A DNA stretch of 30,612 bases from a virus (IMGVR_UViG_3300036985_002287:1-30612); one strand, 5' to 3'. Shown: positions 1-8,835, counted from the stretch's first letter. Program-made: numbers and translations. The notes: generated by a model not told the origin, from the sequence alone.

Positions 1-315
1 GTAGGCCATACCATCTTCGATCTTAGTAATTACCCCGTATTCGTTCTCGCCTTCCCCTTCTGTATCTGCACAGCAGCGGTCCCCGACTTTGGGATAGTCG
101 CCGGCATCCGAACCCTCCTCGTCTTCGGGATCTGTTGTGTTGTCCATCAACGTGCAGAGCAGGTTGTTGTAATCACCCGCCATGCACTTGAAGATCACAT
201 CCGAGATCTCATCTGCTGTCCAGCCCTGCTTACGCGCAGCAGTCTTGAATGCACCCATAAGGGAAAACGCATTGCCGTCAATGCCTACGAGCGTCAGTTT
301 AACTTTGTTTGCCAT
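1..315 (-). CDS. Hypothetical phage protein, partial (runs off window edge); MANKVKLTLVGIDGNAFSLMGAF...
   Basis: Hand-translated, open from ATG 315 to base 1; SD AAAGGA and promoter cassette 340-368 upstream. Confidence 0.8.
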   Translation of the reverse strand, partial: MANKVKLTLVGIDGNAFSLMGAFKTAARKQGWTADEISDVIFKCMAGDYNNLLCTLMDNTTDPEDEEGSDAGDYPKVGDRCCADTEGEGENEYGVITKIEDGMAY

Positions 316-374
316 ACAGTCCTTTGTTGCGATGAGTGTAGTATAGCAGGATGTTTCCATCCTGTCTATCTATT

Positions 375-1211
375 TTATGCGTGTTGTGGAACGCCGCAGC
401 GTGCAGCATTGTTCTTGTAATACGAAGCAGCAAGATTGCGCGGGTGCCCATTGGCAATCATAATTGCTTGGATAATCTGCTCGTATGTCTGTCCTGCACG
501 ATGTCCTTGCACCATCAATGCACGAGCAATGTCTGCTTTGCTACCGCCTGTCACTGCGGGCGTTACAGGGGCAATGCGGGGCACTGGTGTAATAACTACA
601 GGGCGCTGTACCTGCACAGGGATAATGGTAGCCGGAGCCACTTCCTTTGTGGGTGCTACTTGCTTGACCACAGGAGCAGCAAACGAACGCCCTTGCGCTC
701 CAACAACACTGTATGCACATTGTTGGGTAACGGTGCCCAAACCCTTGCGATAGGACAGTGTACGCCCCGACTGGATGTGTGCATGGCGGCGATCATTCAA
801 GCGAACTTTGTGGCCACGATCCGTCGTGTATTCGTATGTGGTGCCCTTGCCGTACACGACATCCATGCTGTGTGTGCGATTGCCTGTGCCGCCCAAGCTG
901 CGATCTACGCGAGCCCAGCCGCTGTCATGATTGCGTCCCAATTCAGGCTTCATGAAACAAACGATGTGTGCAATTTCGTGCGGGACAACAACATTAACCA
1001 TTTCGTCTGTTTCACGCAACAGCATATCGTAATTGAAGCGCATATGATATGCACGAGAAAGGAAGCCGCCACGCGCACTGGCTGTACCGCCAACACGGCC
1101 CTTCAAGTCGAAGCGGATAGCAACCTTGCTCAAATCTGTTCCGTACAGTTCCATTGCACGGGCAAACACTTCTTTGCATTTTGCGAGCACTTGCGCTTGT
1201 GGGGTTGTCAT
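375..1211 (-). CDS. SprT-like zinc metalloprotease with C-terminal putative DNA-binding domain
   Basis: HEIAH zincin motif followed by 'NHDSGW' as in SprT-like proteins; Pro/Val-rich linker; C-terminal 'LAASYYKNN' domain shared with three other ORFs; own promoter 1244-1272. Confidence 0.75.
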   Translation of the reverse strand: MTTPQAQVLAKCKEVFARAMELYGTDLSKVAIRFDLKGRVGGTASARGGFLSRAYHMRFNYDMLLRETDEMVNVVVPHEIAHIVCFMKPELGRNHDSGWARVDRSLGGTGNRTHSMDVVYGKGTTYEYTTDRGHKVRLNDRRHAHIQSGRTLSYRKGLGTVTQQCAYSVVGAQGRSFAAPVVKQVAPTKEVAPATIIPVQVQRPVVITPVPRIAPVTPAVTGGSKADIARALMVQGHRAGQTYEQIIQAIMIANGHPRNLAASYYKNNAARCGVPQHA

Positions 1212-1269
1212 TTTGTGTGACCTTTGTGTGTTGCGATGTGTTTATTATAAGGCCAAAGAAACCGAGTGT

Positions 1270-1473
1270 CTACCTGAAATTGAAACTTCTTATCCACTCG
1301 AAGCGAGTAGTGGCTGGATACCATTTGATATTGGCTCTGGTAGAACCCGTCATGTCGGGCGCACCGAGCTCTGGATCTACCAGAACCCAGCCTTTGTCCG
1401 GCGAGAACTTTACGTCCTGTGCAATCTTAACGATCTCTACAATCTTGTTCCCCATCTTTGCCACGATTGTCAT
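1270..1473 (-). CDS. Hypothetical protein (67 aa)
   Basis: ORF track; coupled to upstream gene; stop TAG lies inside the next -35 TAGACA. Confidence 0.7.
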   Translation of the reverse strand: MTIVAKMGNKIVEIVKIAQDVKFSPDKGWVLVDPELGAPDMTGSTRANIKWYPATTRFEWIRSFNFR

Positions 1474-1474
1474 A

Positions 1475-1837
1475 CTAGCCTACTTCCTTTTCCCATGCCA
1501 TATCATCATGGCGCCCATACGCTTCATAGGCATACGACCCGTATGCAGGGCGTGTAGTGCACCAGTAATCCAAATTAACAGTGCCTGCCTCAAGAACTTT
1601 AGCTGCAAGAGCATTACACTGTGCTTGGGCCTCTTCGCGAACGTCTTTGAATCCTACTGCCCATTCGTTTTCCCACTTCTCCACACCAGGAAACTCTTTG
1701 CCGTGAACCCAACGATTACCTTTTGCATCTGTAACATAGACACAATAGACTTCGCCGATGAAGGACTCACCGTCTTCAGTGTAGCCAAAGTCCTTAAGAT
1801 AGGACCATACACTAACGTCACATCCTGCTAAATCCAT
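1475..1837 (-). CDS. Hypothetical protein (120 aa)
   Basis: ORF track; SD AAGGAG; promoter 1864-1892. Confidence 0.8.
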   Translation of the reverse strand: MDLAGCDVSVWSYLKDFGYTEDGESFIGEVYCVYVTDAKGNRWVHGKEFPGVEKWENEWAVGFKDVREEAQAQCNALAAKVLEAGTVNLDYWCTTRPAYGSYAYEAYGRHDDMAWEKEVG

Positions 1838-2082
1838 TTTGTGCTCCTTGCTGCTATGTAAGTATTATAGCGCAATCGGAACCGACAGTCAACACTTATT
1901 CCAGTCATGCGAAAGCCGGCATACCCAATGGTACAAGCCGGCCCTCTATCTATTAATGTATTATATAAATATTAACTTACTGCATTGGTGCTCACCTCCA
2001 AGGAGCTTAACTATGTAAGGCCTAAGGGTTAATGTTAAATGGGATTGTAAGTCCCTCCCGGTTGCGGCAGTCGCCTCCTCTT

Positions 2083-2232
2083 CTACAGATTCTTCCAGTG
2101 ATCCGGACCCGTTTGGACAGTGTACTTGTACACCGGTGCACCATCGGGCCCATTCACACGCTCGCCACGAGCAGCCTTGGCCGCGGCCTTGGATGCATAG
2201 AACTCACCGTTGACTTTGAAAAGACGCTTCAT
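2083..2232 (-). CDS. Small hypothetical protein (49 aa, MKRLFKVNGEFYASKAAAK...)
   Basis: Hand-translated; SD GGAGAG; promoter 2262-2290. Confidence 0.7.
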   Translation of the reverse strand: MKRLFKVNGEFYASKAAAKAARGERVNGPDGAPVYKYTVQTGPDHWKNL

Positions 2233-2294
2233 ATTTACTCTCCACGTTGTTGTAAAAGTGTATTATAGCAGGGAGTTTCCTCCCTGTCTACCGT

Positions 2295-2573
2295 TTAGTC
2301 CACCAGACGGACAATAAAACTCTTGCCGCCCATGCGATCCGTTGCGCGGATAAACATGCCATAGAGGTAGCGGCCCTGGAACTGACGCTTCAGTTGACGC
2401 TCCAACTCCTGTTGTGCAAACAGCGGAGCATGGAAGATATGTTCGCCATTCCACAGCTTCAGGCGGCGCGTACCGTCCTTAGCCTTGTCATTGAACACAG
2501 CGGGCGCCCAGGGATTAGCTTGGCGGAAGCCAGCATCCTTAAATGCTTGGCGAAGCTTCTTTGTATCAGACAT
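2295..2573 (-). CDS. Hypothetical protein (start re-assigned to MSDTKKL)
   Basis: SD AAAGGAG and promoter 2601-2629 lie inside the longer track ORF. Confidence 0.8.
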   Translation of the reverse strand: MSDTKKLRQAFKDAGFRQANPWAPAVFNDKAKDGTRRLKLWNGEHIFHAPLFAQQELERQLKRQFQGRYLYGMFIRATDRMGGKSFIVRLVD

Positions 2574-2634
2574 TACTGTCTCCTTTGTTGCGATGCGTGT
2601 ATTATAGCAGGGAGTTGCCTCCCTGTCTACCACT

Positions 2635-2904
2635 TTATGCCAGTACGCAGCGAACAGTGACACCCGGCAGGCCGCCACTATAGCCGAAGCCCGACGGGTA
2701 ATTCAAGCCACCGTCCGTCAGCGTGACATTCTTCTTGCCACACTTCTTCTGCAATGCCTTCAGCATCTTCTTGTTGCCGTTGTAATAAGCCTTCACGCGG
2801 CGGTTAGGGCCTTCATAGCCCGTCGTCTTGTTCGTGTAAGCAGGGTAGCCGCCATGCTTACGCATGATTTTGCGGACTTGGAGTGTGGTAAGCAGTTTCT
2901 TCAT
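2635..2904 (-). CDS. Basic hypothetical protein (89 aa)
   Basis: ORF track; promoter 2935-2963. Confidence 0.8.
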   Translation of the reverse strand: MKKLLTTLQVRKIMRKHGGYPAYTNKTTGYEGPNRRVKAYYNGNKKMLKALQKKCGKKNVTLTDGGLNYPSGFGYSGGLPGVTVRCVLA

Positions 2905-2963
2905 TCTCTATCCTTTGTGTGTTGCGAAGTATGTATTATAGCACCAAAGCGGTTTATTGTCAA

Positions 2964-3209
2964 CTAATAGTCAGCAATAAACTTCTTCTTGCCTTCATCC
3001 CATGTCACAAAGATGACAGCAGTTCCTACACCCTCGGGCGCATCATCCCACGGGAAGTTAATAGTGTACACGAACTCTGCACCATTTGCAATGCCTATGA
3101 ACTTGCGCTCACTCACCCTGTCACCCTCGTAGCCACCGGCATGCAATGCCCAAGCAAGCTCACGAGATCCAAGGTTAATACCTTGTATGATAGTCTCTGC
3201 CTTAAGCAT
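2964..3209 (-). CDS. Hypothetical protein (81 aa)
   Basis: ORF track; SD AAGGAG; promoter 3238-3266. Confidence 0.8.
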   Translation of the reverse strand: MLKAETIIQGINLGSRELAWALHAGGYEGDRVSERKFIGIANGAEFVYTINFPWDDAPEGVGTAVIFVTWDEGKKKFIADY

Positions 3210-3271
3210 GTTATACTCCTTTTACGTCGTTGTTGGTATTATAACAGGTAGGAACCTACCAGTCAACCAAT

Positions 3272-3475
3272 TTAGGAGACTTTAGCGATCTTGCCTTCTT
3301 TCATCGTCACTTCGGCAAACCACTTGCGTTCGTACGCACTGGGCCCTACCACTGCGAACTTGCCGTCTGCCTTGTACTCCGGGCCGAACATGCTTGTTTC
3401 GCTGAAGCCAAGCGGCTTGCCAATGCATGCCTTCAAGTCCTTCTTCGTCTTGTAACCGGATGCTGCGAGTGTCAT
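3272..3475 (-). CDS. Hypothetical protein (67 aa)
   Basis: ORF track; SD AGGAG. Confidence 0.8.
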   Translation of the reverse strand: MTLAASGYKTKKDLKACIGKPLGFSETSMFGPEYKADGKFAVVGPSAYERKWFAEVTMKEGKIAKVS

Positions 3476-3496
3476 ATAGACTCCTGTGTAGTTAAT

Positions 3497-3724
3497 TTAC
3501 CAACGATTGTCACGCTCTTCTGCGCCAATAGCATCGCAGATATCCTTTGCTTCCTTCAGGCCCAGCCCATACTGCTGGCGGATGAACTTGATTGCAAGGA
3601 CCTTTTGACCAGCACCACCGTTGCTGGGATTGAAGAGATTCCATACCAAGTCGAACTCAGCGACAGTCACTTCCTGAGTTGCGTAATTGTGTACCGGATA
3701 CTTAACAGTCTTCATCTGTGCCAT
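3497..3724 (-). CDS. Ribosomal protein L7/L12 C-terminal-domain-like protein
   Basis: QKVLAIKFIRQQYGLGLKEAKDICD resembles the bL12 CTD signature K..VIK.VR...GLGLKEAK; promoter 3751-3779. Confidence 0.6.
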   Translation of the reverse strand: MAQMKTVKYPVHNYATQEVTVAEFDLVWNLFNPSNGGAGQKVLAIKFIRQQYGLGLKEAKDICDAIGAEERDNRW

Positions 3725-3775
3725 TGTAGACTCCTTGTTGCGATGTATGTATTATACTAGATAGAAGCCAGCCTG

Positions 3776-3928
3776 TCAACGGCCTGTTACCAAAGCTTTC
3801 GTTTCTTTTCCGGTAACTGGGCAAACAAATGTCAGCAAGTCCCTACCTTGCGGGTCTTCCTCGATGTTGACAAACACAACATCGGCGGGATCGTGAGGCT
3901 CGTGGCACTCAGGACATTGTACTTGCAT
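3776..3928 (-). CDS. Small Cys-containing protein (50 aa, MQVQCPECHEPHD...)
   Basis: Hand-translated; TAATG overlap with upstream gene; stop inside -35 TTGACA. Confidence 0.7.
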   Translation of the reverse strand: MQVQCPECHEPHDPADVVFVNIEEDPQGRDLLTFVCPVTGKETKALVTGR

Positions 3929-4155
3929 TAGCCGAAGTACCCGTATTTGATCTCGTTAAGGAAATCACTCACTGTGCAGATTGCCCAGACTGTTAGTACA
4001 ATCGCCCCCACACCGGTGCCTGCTACAAAGAACACTGTCACCAGCAACGGTAGTGAAGACCAGAGTAAGTACAGTGCAACACTGCCTCCCACCAGCAGCC
4101 AGGCGCCGGCAACCCATACCTGCCATTTGATTTGTTTGAGTGTTGGAAGTTTCAA
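3928..4155 (-). CDS. Predicted membrane protein (two hydrophobic segments)
   Basis: ORF track; SD AGGAGA; hydrophobic stretches. Confidence 0.7.
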   Translation of the reverse strand: MKLPTLKQIKWQVWVAGAWLLVGGSVALYLLWSSLPLLVTVFFVAGTGVGAIVLTVWAICTVSDFLNEIKYGYFG

Positions 4156-4288
4156 ATTGTTCTCCTAAAACATATGGGACAGCACTAATCTAGATGCACA
4201 GCAATGCACCCTTCGCCGTATTGCTGCACAGCCGCTTGTAAGACGCCAGTGCGGTCTCATATCCTCTATGCCTTATTATAGCACAAAT

Positions 4289-4699
4289 CTAAGCGTATGC
4301 AATTTGTTTTGATGGCCAACGCTGTTTATTTTGGTACACCCGGAGCTCCTTGCTTGTACCAAACACCTTCTCTGCCCTATACATTTCATGCACTTCTGCT
4401 TCCTTAGAGTGCATAATAACCACTTTCGTATTCTTAAAGGTGTCGAATTGTGTTGCAGTTACATCTAAAACATGGTCTTCTATTACGATGTAGCAGTGTG
4501 ACCCCATATAATGCTCCGTACTTACACATATATCAGCCTTAATGCCTTCCTTCTTCAGCCGCTTATGTAGTTCAGCAGAAGCAATTGCACACCATCCTAA
4601 TAGGTTATCCGGATGATAGTTCTTACGGAATGCTTCCTTTTCAACCCAGTCACGCACTGTATATGCTATCGTCGTGGCCGTGACAAGTGTGTTCTTCAT
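4289..4699 (-). CDS. Putative transglutaminase/papain-like fold protein (Cys-His-Asp)
   Basis: GWCAIAS...SHCYIV...LDVTATQF triad order; promoter 4706-4734 places +1 at the ATG. Confidence 0.55.
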   Translation of the reverse strand: MKNTLVTATTIAYTVRDWVEKEAFRKNYHPDNLLGWCAIASAELHKRLKKEGIKADICVSTEHYMGSHCYIVIEDHVLDVTATQFDTFKNTKVVIMHSKEAEVHEMYRAEKVFGTSKELRVYQNKQRWPSKQIAYA

Positions 4700-4734
4700 G
4701 CTCCTATTGTAAGGTAGTGTTAGGCAAATGTCAA

Positions 4735-5870
4735 CAAGGTAGAGATGCAGTCATACCTCGCTATACAATCTTCTGCCATTGAGCCTTGGTCTACCGAGAC
4801 ATTTGCAGGCCTCGGTAACATCTATGAGCACTGGGAAAAACAGTTAGCGAGGTATTAATACCGGGCCGCAGCCTCGGTAACTTTAAGCTTACTGGGCCAA
4901 CCTGCTACCGAGACTGAAACTCTTCGGTAAGTAAGCACCAACTAACCCTATCGAAACCCTTTCTATCGAAATTCGAAACTCTCGATACCCATTTCACCTT
5001 TCGATAGAGTTTCGGTATTCGAGTTTCGGTTTTCTATATTGAAAAGGATTTCATAATGATACCCTATCAAAGAGTATCTATAGAGTATCAGATAGATAGA
5101 AATTCTCTGCGGACATAGTATAAACTGTAGGCATAGTATAGATAGGATTTCACAAATGGCGATAGGGCCTTGATGCCCTTTATTAAATTAACTATATCCA
5201 TCGCATGACGAAACATTGGCGCGTGCAGGCATATATGTAAATCAATATCGCTTTCTGCATTATATGCGATATCCGCAACTAACTATAGGACTCAATACCT
5301 ACTGGTTTATCATTTATTATTCGCTGTTATACCTGTTTGCGAAATGTAATAGATATGTGATAGAACTTCTAACTGCTGGCCAATGCTCGTAAGCGACTTT
5401 AAGAATAGCATATCTATCTAATTTACTACAATGTTATTTATCATATAGAGCATCAATGTGTACTACTGTTCGATAGAGTATCTACCTGATGCCAGTTGCT
5501 ATACCTTCATGATGGTGCAGGTGATACAGTGTTTACGGTAGCTGTAGTGTAAGATAGGGTATCGATAGAGTATCAGAAGGTGTTCAGATAGGGGTATGTG
5601 TTTAGGTAGAGGTATGTGTATAGGGTATCTACCTTGTGTGCATAGCGATAGATAGAGTATCTACCTTAAGCAATGATAGCCAATGAGATAGGTAGAAATG
5701 CATACACGCACACATCTATCGAGCGCGAATGCGAAATCCGCGTGCGAATCTGCGCCCAAAACCCTATCTAGAAATGTCGCCTAGGATTCCTATCTAGAAT
5801 TCCTACCTTAAAGACCAAATCTGACCTGGAAATCTACCGAGAGAGGCGAGCTCGAATTCATTCAAACCAT
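4735..5870. repeat. ~1.1 kb ORF-poor region with nested inverted repeats and dispersed short repeats (origin-like, unproven)
   Basis: IR ATACCTCGCTA 4753-4763 / 4845-4855; TACCGAG/CTCGGTA pairs; GAAACTCT-type motifs 4916-5027; GATAG(A/G)GTATC-type motifs 5071-5666. Confidence 0.55.
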
Positions 5871-6050
5871 ATACGTTGATAAAATTGCACATCTTTGCAC
5901 TTTATTGCACTTCACTACATCTACCTGCCCTTGCATACACTTCTGTGCCCACTTTTACCTGCCCTTACAGTGCTCTAACGTCCCCTACCTTCCCCTATCT
6001 TTCTCTATTGCTACCCTTGCCTTATCCCAGCTTTTATGCTTACTTGAGTA

Positions 6051-6341
6051 TCATTTACTTTCATCTTCGTCCATTTGTTTCAACGGTTCTTCATATTCTC
6101 TTATTCTCTTTCTTAATGAGTCTAAGTATCTTCTTCTATAGTGTGCTTGAAACATTCCACCATTATAATAGTGAGCAGTCAACTTCATATGCTCGTGTAT
6201 CCATGTTGGAGCAGACAGCATTGAATCTGTACCTAATTCTTCTCTACACCAATCACATAGTATTTGCTGAGGTATTCGTCTTAAGTCTTCTATTAGAAAG
6301 TCTTCGTCTATGCGACACTTGATAACATCAAATAGGCTCAT
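6051..6341 (-). CDS. M[ST][LI]FDVI-family paralog 7 (last of array)
   Basis: MSLFDVIKCRID...; 14-nt overlap with upstream paralog. Confidence 0.85.
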   Translation of the reverse strand: MSLFDVIKCRIDEDFLIEDLRRIPQQILCDWCREELGTDSMLSAPTWIHEHMKLTAHYYNGGMFQAHYRRRYLDSLRKRIREYEEPLKQMDEDESK

Positions 6342-6588
6342 AATCGAGTAATACCTTTTTGAATATGGGATACTTAAGATGATTATCTTCCATCCATTTT
6401 ACTGCCAGGTAACTAGCTTGTGACTCAAGACTATGATTCTCGATTATATCTAATAACATATCTCCAGTATGAAAATAAGCATATGACGCACGTTGATAGG
6501 CTGCGAATATATCTGGCGGAAGGTTAGCTATTTCGTCTCTACTATTTAAATCGATATCGCCATATCGTATAACATCAAATAGGCTCAT
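6328..6588 (-). CDS. M[ST][LI]FDVI-family paralog 6
   Basis: MSLFDVIRYG...DYEPI. Confidence 0.85.
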   Translation of the reverse strand: MSLFDVIRYGDIDLNSRDEIANLPPDIFAAYQRASYAYFHTGDMLLDIIENHSLESQASYLAVKWMEDNHLKYPIFKKVLLDYEPI

Positions 6589-6775
6589 CGTATTCCGATA
6601 GAAGTGTTATTAGGATATTGCGAATTTGTTCTGGTGGCTTGTTGAATTTATTATTAATAGAAAGGCTGTTCCAATATCTTGTGTATCTATAGCGAACTTG
6701 TTCAGGCAGAGATTCGAACTCCTTAACCAGCACTGGTATGCTTAATGGATACTTGATAACATCAAATAGGCTCAT
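6575..6775 (-). CDS. M[ST][LI]FDVI-family paralog 5
   Basis: MSLFDVIKYP...YDEPI. Confidence 0.85.
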   Translation of the reverse strand: MSLFDVIKYPLSIPVLVKEFESLPEQVRYRYTRYWNSLSINNKFNKPPEQIRNILITLLSEYDEPI

Positions 6776-7019
6776 ATTCGGCTATGGCCTTTCTTGCTTG
6801 TTTGATTTGTTTCTTAATCGCATCGGAGTTTGGGGCGCGCCATAGGTGATCGAAGTAGATATGGTTTACGAGAAGTTGAAATTGAGCCTGTGTGCTTATG
6901 TTTTTTCTTACACCGAATATATCGAACATTTTCAATAGCAGATCATCAGGCAATCGACTAAACTCTTCTTTTGTCGGTATGTCACTTAGTGGATATCGTA
7001 TAACATCAAAGATAGTCAT
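6762..7019 (-). CDS. M[ST][LI]FDVI-family paralog 4 (start re-assigned to MTIFDVIRYP)
   Basis: Family N-terminus; ends EYEPI. Confidence 0.85.
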   Translation of the reverse strand: MTIFDVIRYPLSDIPTKEEFSRLPDDLLLKMFDIFGVRKNISTQAQFQLLVNHIYFDHLWRAPNSDAIKKQIKQARKAIAEYEPI

Positions 7020-7278
7020 CGTCGTCCCACTTAGCAATAAGTCTTCTTAGAAAGGAGACTTCGGCTTTATCCGCTGCTATAGCATCTTCTGTCCTGAGAT
7101 TCTCTTGTGTACAAGGTCTCCAGTACCAGGACGCCATGCCGGCTGGCGAAACTGTTCCATGTTCTCTCCAGACAGTATTATCACGCCACATCTGTATTAT
7201 GGGTTTAGGTATTCGTTGGAGTTCTTCTACAGTAGGCTTATCGCTTACTGGATAACGTATTGCGTCAAATATCGTCAT
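7006..7278 (-). CDS. M[ST][LI]FDVI-family paralog 3
   Basis: MTIFDAIRYP...DDDYL. Confidence 0.85.
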   Translation of the reverse strand: MTIFDAIRYPVSDKPTVEELQRIPKPIIQMWRDNTVWREHGTVSPAGMASWYWRPCTQENLRTEDAIAADKAEVSFLRRLIAKWDDDDYL

Positions 7279-7516
7279 ATTCTTTCAATCTTTTCTTTAA
7301 TGCAGCTAAAACTATATCACGATGTTCACTCCATCCATACCATTTCTTATCTGCATTCAATGTCATATAATTATAGATTGATTGCGCGTTAGCCGGCTTA
7401 ATGAGAATGCCTAGATCTTCGTAACACCATTTTTCTAATATAGGTGAAGGAATTCGTTCCAGATCTGCTAAGAGAAATCTACTATCGATGTGGCACTTGA
7501 TAACATCAAATATCAT
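7265..7516 (-). CDS. M[ST][LI]FDVI-family paralog 2
   Basis: MIFDVIKCHID...EYDDI; closest to paralog 7. Confidence 0.85.
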   Translation of the reverse strand: MIFDVIKCHIDSRFLLADLERIPSPILEKWCYEDLGILIKPANAQSIYNYMTLNADKKWYGWSEHRDIVLAALKKRLKEYDDI

Positions 7517-7694
7517 CTTCGTGCCTAAGTATCATCCATCTAATTAGCGCAGTTCCTTCTTCGCTAAAGATTTGAACACCAGATTCTTGTATTGCCTTGA
7601 GTATCTCTACCTTTAATGGATTGGAGATCGCGTGAAGTTCTTCCAGGGTAGCTGGATTGCTTATTGGATATCTTATAACATCAAATAGGCTCAC
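7506..7694 (-). CDS. M[ST][LI]FDVI-family paralog 1 (GTG start)
   Basis: GTG AGC CTA TTT GAT GTT ATA; ends HEDDI. Confidence 0.8.
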   Translation of the reverse strand: MSLFDVIRYPISNPATLEELHAISNPLKVEILKAIQESGVQIFSEEGTALIRWMILRHEDDI

Positions 7695-7695
7695 A

Positions 7696-7884
7696 CTATT
7701 CAATTACTCGTAATACTTTTAACCATTTATTGAAATCGCGCAGCTTCCATTGGCCGGTCTTAACCCATTCAAATACATGGCTCGTACTTATGCTGGCGAT
7801 CTGATCATCAGTAAGCCTGTTTTCGTGCTTAATGTCTTCAGAACGAATTTTACGAGCAATGCGGGCTTCTAGTTCAGGTATCAT
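7696..7884 (-). CDS. Hypothetical protein (start re-assigned to MIPELEAR)
   Basis: ATG follows the stop of the upstream gene. Confidence 0.7.
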   Translation of the reverse strand: MIPELEARIARKIRSEDIKHENRLTDDQIASISTSHVFEWVKTGQWKLRDFNKWLKVLRVIE

Positions 7885-7891
7885 ATTTATA
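7884..7891 (-). promoter_or_regulatory. T4-type late promoter consensus TATAAATA upstream of the paralog array
   Basis: Exact TATAAATA on minus strand; function inferred from the T4 gp55 consensus. Confidence 0.4.
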
Positions 7892-8132
7892 GTTTTTCGA
7901 CGATCATGATTTTGTTGCCTGGATGGAACCATTGAATATGACCACGTGTCGTGGCATTATATAGATCGACCATTCGTACACCTATGATCAACTCATCTGT
8001 GCAGTTATATCCAAACTCAGCTACTGTGCCCAATTCTAATTGATTCCCTTTTATCGTGATCACTACCTTATCGCCGATATTGAATTCGGCAAAGGTAATC
8101 TTATTTTGTTCCATCTGTTGTTTGGATATCAT
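7887..8132 (-). CDS. Hypothetical protein (possible SH3/KOW-like beta protein)
   Basis: ORF track; FNIGDKVVI pattern; ATGA overlap. Confidence 0.7.
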   Translation of the reverse strand: MISKQQMEQNKITFAEFNIGDKVVITIKGNQLELGTVAEFGYNCTDELIIGVRMVDLYNATTRGHIQWFHPGNKIMIVEKL

Positions 8133-8386
8133 TCCACACCTTTCAGAATGTAGATTTCGCTGTCAAGATCAAGCCGCCACAGTGTTCCCGGGCTGTAGCT
8201 TTTGTCAGCTTCGGTTGCTTGGAAGGTCTTGCGATTTATCTTTGTGACGACTGCCGTTACTTGATAATGGCCACCGCGACCGCGTCCGTTGCAAGTAAAC
8301 TCTACCTTGTCACCTACATATAGTTGGTAGATAGGTACTTCTTCGTACACCCAACCAAGTAATGGAGTAAGGGTTTTAGTTTTCAT
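8129..8386 (-). CDS. Hypothetical protein (start re-assigned to MKTKTL)
   Basis: Promoter 8417-8445 lies within the longer track ORF. Confidence 0.75.
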   Translation of the reverse strand: MKTKTLTPLLGWVYEEVPIYQLYVGDKVEFTCNGRGRGGHYQVTAVVTKINRKTFQATEADKSYSPGTLWRLDLDSEIYILKGVE

Positions 8387-8458
8387 ATAACTGTCTTTGT
8401 TTGCTGCGATGAGTGTATTATATACTAGATGTTGGATGGTGTCAACCACTAACAGGTC

Positions 8459-8827
8459 TCACTCATCTGGAACCTCCTTAGTATCTGCACCATTCCATCT
8501 AGGGTCAGGGCATTTAAGATAAAGCACACAATCTGTGCCCCAAAAATCAATTCCCTCGACTCTTGCGTACATACCAACTACTGGTTGCACTTTCCAAGGG
8601 CAGAGATTGGGGTGTTGGCAGGGAGGTTTCTTACGGCCTCCATTCATACCCTGCAAATGCCCGTCACGAAGTAACAGGCGTATCTCTATAAGATTAGAGT
8701 TAATCTTTTGCCGTATCGGGGTATCAGCAATAGCGTCATTCTCTCGCTCTAGCTTGTTTACACTCTTCTGCATACTTGCAAGTTGCGTGGCAGTGACGCC
8801 TAGTTCTGCTTGTCCCATATCGATCAT
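8459..8827 (-). CDS. Hypothetical protein (start re-assigned to MIDMGQ)
   Basis: SD TAGGAG 5 nt upstream. Confidence 0.7.
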   Translation of the reverse strand: MIDMGQAELGVTATQLASMQKSVNKLERENDAIADTPIRQKINSNLIEIRLLLRDGHLQGMNGGRKKPPCQHPNLCPWKVQPVVGMYARVEGIDFWGTDCVLYLKCPDPRWNGADTKEVPDE

Positions 8828-8835
8828 AATAACTC

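Noticed and set aside
351-1220. 289-aa plus-strand ORF (and most other plus-strand track ORFs, e.g. 1154..1831, 5876..6322, 28647..29357)
   Set aside because: Antisense shadows of minus-strand genes that have SDs and promoters; no SD, and unusual Cys-rich composition.
2041-2055. Anticodon-loop-like hairpin GGGA-CTTACAA-TCCC (UAC)
   Set aside because: No D-arm, T-arm or acceptor stem nearby; not a tRNA.
4150-4260. 31-aa ORF behind the -10 at 4275
   Set aside because: Weak -35, short length and no family features; cannot be supported.
6051-7694. CRISPR array or diversity-generating retroelement interpretation of the junction repeats
   Set aside because: Intervening segments are 170-260-bp protein-coding ORFs; no cas or reverse transcriptase gene and no adenine-specific TR/VR pair is visible in the window.
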